Source: Rebecca billardiae RCC1528
Lineage: Eukaryota > Protista > Haptophyta
Direction: 5' to 3'
Assembly (NCBI GenBank): GCA_965240325.2
Contig: OZ251230.1
Span: forward strand, 1,612,001 to 1,676,000
Length of the DNA: 64,000 nucleotides
Below the pieces are notes generated by a model. It saw only the letters and a program-made list of their open reading frames with translations. It made no database searches and was not told the DNA's origin. The position numbers were made by a program, and so were the translations under genes. Below, piece after piece: positions 60,173-64,000 of this stretch (position 1 is the first letter of the stretch; each line of letters opens with the position of its first letter).

Positions 60173-62213
60173 TCAGTGCGCCGCCAGTGCCGCCTCGCCT
60201 GCCATGCGCTCTGCTGACCTCTCCAGAGCCTCCTCCTCCTGCCGCAGACCCCACTGCACGTACTCGGCCGACTCGGAGGCCTTGTACTCCTCGATCAGCG
60301 ATTGCACGACCGCTCTGCGCGCGGAGAGACGGCGGCGCGAGGGGCAGTGTGGCGAGAGTGCGGCGCGAGGGGAGCGATGGTTCAGCCCCTCGCATGCGCC
60401 GGCTCCGCGCGCTGCCGCAGCACGCGGCCCGGCGGGGCCGGTGGCGGGGCGCGCGCGGCCGCGGGGCGCGCGGCCGCGCACCGCGAGTCATCGAACTCGT
60501 CGAGCCCGTCGGAGAACATAGCGGTCTGCCTGTACGCCTCGATGAACGCGTTCCGGTTCTTCAGCTTGTCGAACTGCGAGAGCGCGCGCGAGAAGAGCGT
60601 GTGGATCGACGTGTGGTTGGCGAGCATCAGGCCGGAGACGCGGTGCGCCGTCTTGACATACGGCGACTTGCGCGAGAGCGCCACCTGGATCGACGCGGGC
60701 CCCCACGGGATGAACGTGGCGAGCCGGCGCTCGCGGATGCGCTGCAGCGACTTGTGCACCTGCGTCGGGTCGACCTCGCCCTGGATGATGTCCAGGATCG
60801 AGATGTAGCACCCTGCGCGCGCCGCGCGTGCGTCACGGCGCGCGTGTCCTCAGGCTTTTGCGCGGCCAAACGGCCCCGGGCGCGCGCGCGCGCGCGCGCG
60901 CACCCTTGCGCGTGGAGCACGAGACCATGATGTTCTTGGTCTGCAGCAGCCGGCGCATCACGTCCATCACGCTCGTCTTGCGCACCGCGGGCGCGTCGTG
61001 GTCGACGAGCGACAGCGGCGTGTAGCCCGTCATCAGGAAGTGGAGCCGCGGCGTCGGGATGAGCGACGACACGAGGCCGATCAGGTCGTTGTTCATGTAC
61101 CCGGGGAAGCGGAGGGTGTTGGTCGAGGCGGACATGACGGTGGAGACGAGCGAGTTGATCTGCGAGTTGGTCGGGTTGTCGATGTGCAGCCGCTCCACCG
61201 CGATCCGGTTGAGCGCCGTGTTGTCGAGCACGACGACCGCGTCCGCGTTGAGCGTGAGCCGCTTGAGCGTGAGCACCGAGTTGTACGGCTGCACCACCAC
61301 GTCTGAGTGCTCGGTCTGGTTGGGGAAGACGGAGTAGGTCTGGATGAGCTTCTTGGGGAAGTGGTCGTTGAGCCGCTCGAGCAAGTACGAGCCCATCCCC
61401 GAGCCCGTCCCGCCCGCGATCGAGTGGCAGAGCACGAAGCCCTCGAGCGACTCGGAGCCGTCCGCCTCCCTGTCGATCATCTCCATGATCTCCTCCTGCA
61501 CCTTCTCCGCCGACTCGTAGCCGACGGCCCAGTTGTTGCCCGCGCCGCCGCCGTCCTTGGAGATGAAGACGTTCTCGGGGTTGAAGAGCTTCGGCAGCTC
61601 CGTCGTCAGGTTCGTCAGCACGCGCGGCTCGAGGTCGAGCAGCAGAGCGCGCGGCACGTAATGCTCGTCGTCGGCCTGCGCGAGCGAGCGGCGGTGGGGC
61701 AGCACACGCGCGCGCAGGCGCGCGGGCCTTGTGCTCAGCGCGGCGGTATGTGGAGGTGGCGCCTGGCGCGGTACCGGGGCATGCACCGAATCGCGCCGCC
61801 CTCCACGCTTCGCGCGGCCGACTGTCCTCGCGTGCACACACGCGACAGGCACGCAGTCGCGAGGCACCGGGGGGGGGGCGCGCGCAGACGCGTGCCGCAC
61901 CTGGTAGAAGAAGACGTCCTTGCGGTCAGTGCCCTGCGTCGCGTAGCTCTCGAGAATGCCCGAGTGATTGATGCCATGCTCCAAGCACAGCTGCTTCCAG
62001 AACTCCATACCGATCTGGTTGCCGCACTGGCCGCATTGCAGGGTGCTGCACGGCGCATGCGCGGGGCGCGGTACACGGTCAGCGCGGCGGCGGGCGACGG
62101 GCCCGGCGCTGCGGACGTGGGTGCCCGACACGACACGCATGGGCAGCAGCGCACTGCCCCCCGCGCGCCCGGGCCGCCGCGGCCGCCGCCGCGCACATGA
62201 TCTCGCGCGGCAT
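60173..62213 (-). CDS. TUBG1: Gamma-tubulin; 5 exons: 62213-62197, 62045-61901, 61675-60904, 60812-60482, 60314-60173
   Basis: MPREII|[16 protein letters not shown]...DRKDVFFYQ|[19 protein letters not shown]...GGGAGNNWA...[10 protein letters not shown]...[14 protein letters not shown]; all four introns are GT-AG and frame-consistent. Confidence 0.97.
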
Positions 62214-62843
62214 GGTCCACGTACGCCCGCTCGCTCGTTGGCAGCGATGGCGTCGCTGTGCAGACGGTTGGTCAGGTGAACTTCTTAGTGCGGCGAGCCG
62301 AAAAGGCGACAGGGGGGCTGCCGCCGCCCGGAGTGGTGGAACCCAGTCCGGGCGCGATTTCCGATTTCATTCACTCCCTCTTTTGCTCATCACTTTTCAA
62401 TGTCGATCGTCGTCGCGGGTCGCGGGAGCCGCCGCCGGGGACGTGACGGACGTCTCAGGACATCGATCAATCACTTCAATCGGCTCGGTCACAGTCTAAG
62501 CTAGTACTAGTCAGTAGTCGGACCGGCGAGGCCACGGGCAGGCGGGCCGACGGGCACGGTTGGAAGGAGGGTCACCCTCACCCACTCAGGCGGACCAGCA
62601 AGTGCTGACTCAGCAGCCGGCGCCGTTGGCCGGCGCGGCGTCTTCGCCCTTGCCCCGTCATTCGTCAGGAGGCCGCCGAAGCGGCGGGCGGCGCTGCAAT
62701 TCAGCGTCGCAGCCCGCTCGTTATCATAGTCATTACGGCGCACGTGAGAACGTAACAGAGGCAGTCCATGGCAAAGCCGCTGTGCCCTCGAGCCGCCCGA
62801 GACGTGCGCGCATTCGCCGGTCGAGCATGCTGAGGACACGCTG

Positions 62844-63453
62844 CTACGCCGACGACGGCTGCGTGAGGCCGACGGCCAGCGCGATTGTGATGGCGCCGGC
62901 GAGCAAGCACGCGACCGCAATGCCCCACTGCTTGGTCGTCTCGGGCGTGACGGGAGGGTCCGTCTTGACGTACGTGCCCCAGTCGGGGTCGTCAATGACG
63001 GTGTCGGACGTCTTGAAGAAGATCTGCAGCGTGCCGTCCGGGAAGCGGTCGTACGACTCAAACGTGAACGCCTGGCAAGACGGGTTGTAATCGCACAGGT
63101 CCATCGCGTCCTCGACAGTCAGCTCGACCTGGTCGCCGATCGTGTTGCCCATGGGCACGTAACCGCGGTAGTACGTGTACTCCGCTGCGACGAGCCGCGC
63201 GTGGGATAGCGTGGCGCGCCGCGGTGAGTGCGGGGGCGCGCGCGCCGCACGATGCCCGCTCGGTGAGCCGAGCGGCCGAGGCGCAATGGAAGGATCGCCG
63301 GGTGCACGCGCGAGAGCGATCACCATTCACGCAGTGGACGCACACCAACGCGAGTGCAAGTGTCCACGACAGCCGTGCACATGGTAATCGAGACACCGGC
63401 GCGGCGGACGCGCCAAACGCTCGTCTTCTTGCAGCCGCGAAGGCGGCGGGCAT
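62844..63453 (-). CDS. Small single-pass membrane protein with a PAN/apple-like Cys domain; exons 63453-63324, 63184-62844
   Basis: Hydrophobic leader (LSWTLALALVCVHC), ectodomain TVEDAMDLCDYNPSCQAFTF...IFFK...WGTYVK, C-terminal TM WGIAVACLLAGAITIALAVGL. Phase-1 GT-AG intron. Confidence 0.6.
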
Positions 63454-64000
63454 GTGCGGGCTCGCCGCGATGGCGCCTCCCCACTCGTCAGCTTTTCGGG
63501 CGGTCCGACCCGGTCCGGGAGCGCACTCCGCCCCGGGCGAGGGTGCGACGCCTGTCGCGTCGGTCGGGCTGACCAGTGACGCCTCCGTGCGGCGCGGCGC
63601 GCAAGGAGATCGGTGTGCGATACATCGCACTGCTCTCGCGCGCGCACCATCTTGACTGTGGACAGCGACCCGGTCTCGGATTCTCATTCTGTTTGAGACT
63701 TGGACGTCGACTGCGTTCTGGACAGGACCGGCCGGCAGAGGACATCGGTAGGCATTGGGTACGTGCGGTGGATGCTGCTGCTAGGCGCGGCCCGGGCGGT
63801 GACTGGCACTCGTGGAGTGCGCGCCGTGCGATAAACGGAGAGCAGTGGCGGGTCATGAATCGTGGGCCTGCCTCAAACGCCCGCCCTCGCGCAGTCGACC
63901 TGTGCCACGCGGTGCCTCGTCCTTGATCAAGACTCGGACAGTCCGAGATGTCCGTATTGTACCCCCATCCTCCGCTTGTGCGAGTCCTACGAGAATGGGG

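Overview
Very GC-rich, intron-containing eukaryotic DNA from a flagellated alga with a chlorophyll a/c (red-lineage) plastid. Composition and GTGCGC...CGCAG introns suggest a haptophyte such as a Pavlovophyceae member; this is inference only. Genes read from the sequence: a DNMT1-type RFTS domain fused to two KH domains, a SnoaL/NTF2-like protein, a head-to-head GT92-like glycosyltransferase/sulfotransferase pair, three paralogous multi-AP2 genes (2, 4 and 3 AP2 domains) around a Mu-class GST, a ~20 kb divergent DNAH5/outer-arm-gamma-type dynein heavy chain, a DWNN-RING (RBBP6/Mpe1-like) gene, a second sulfotransferase, three near-identical Lhcz-type antenna genes (two forming a 1.6 kb palindrome), gamma-tubulin and two hypothetical genes. 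Genes mostly occur as tight divergent pairs separated by microsatellite-rich spacers that hold several non-autonomous TIR elements. Best candidates for new biology: (1) the RFTS-KH fusion, which could link RNA to methylation-related chromatin marks; (2) a mosaic AP2 family whose changes cluster in the predicted DNA-contacting beta-strands; (3) the fold-back LHC palindrome; (4) a possibly catalytically impaired dynein. All domain calls come from motif recognition by eye; no searches were run.
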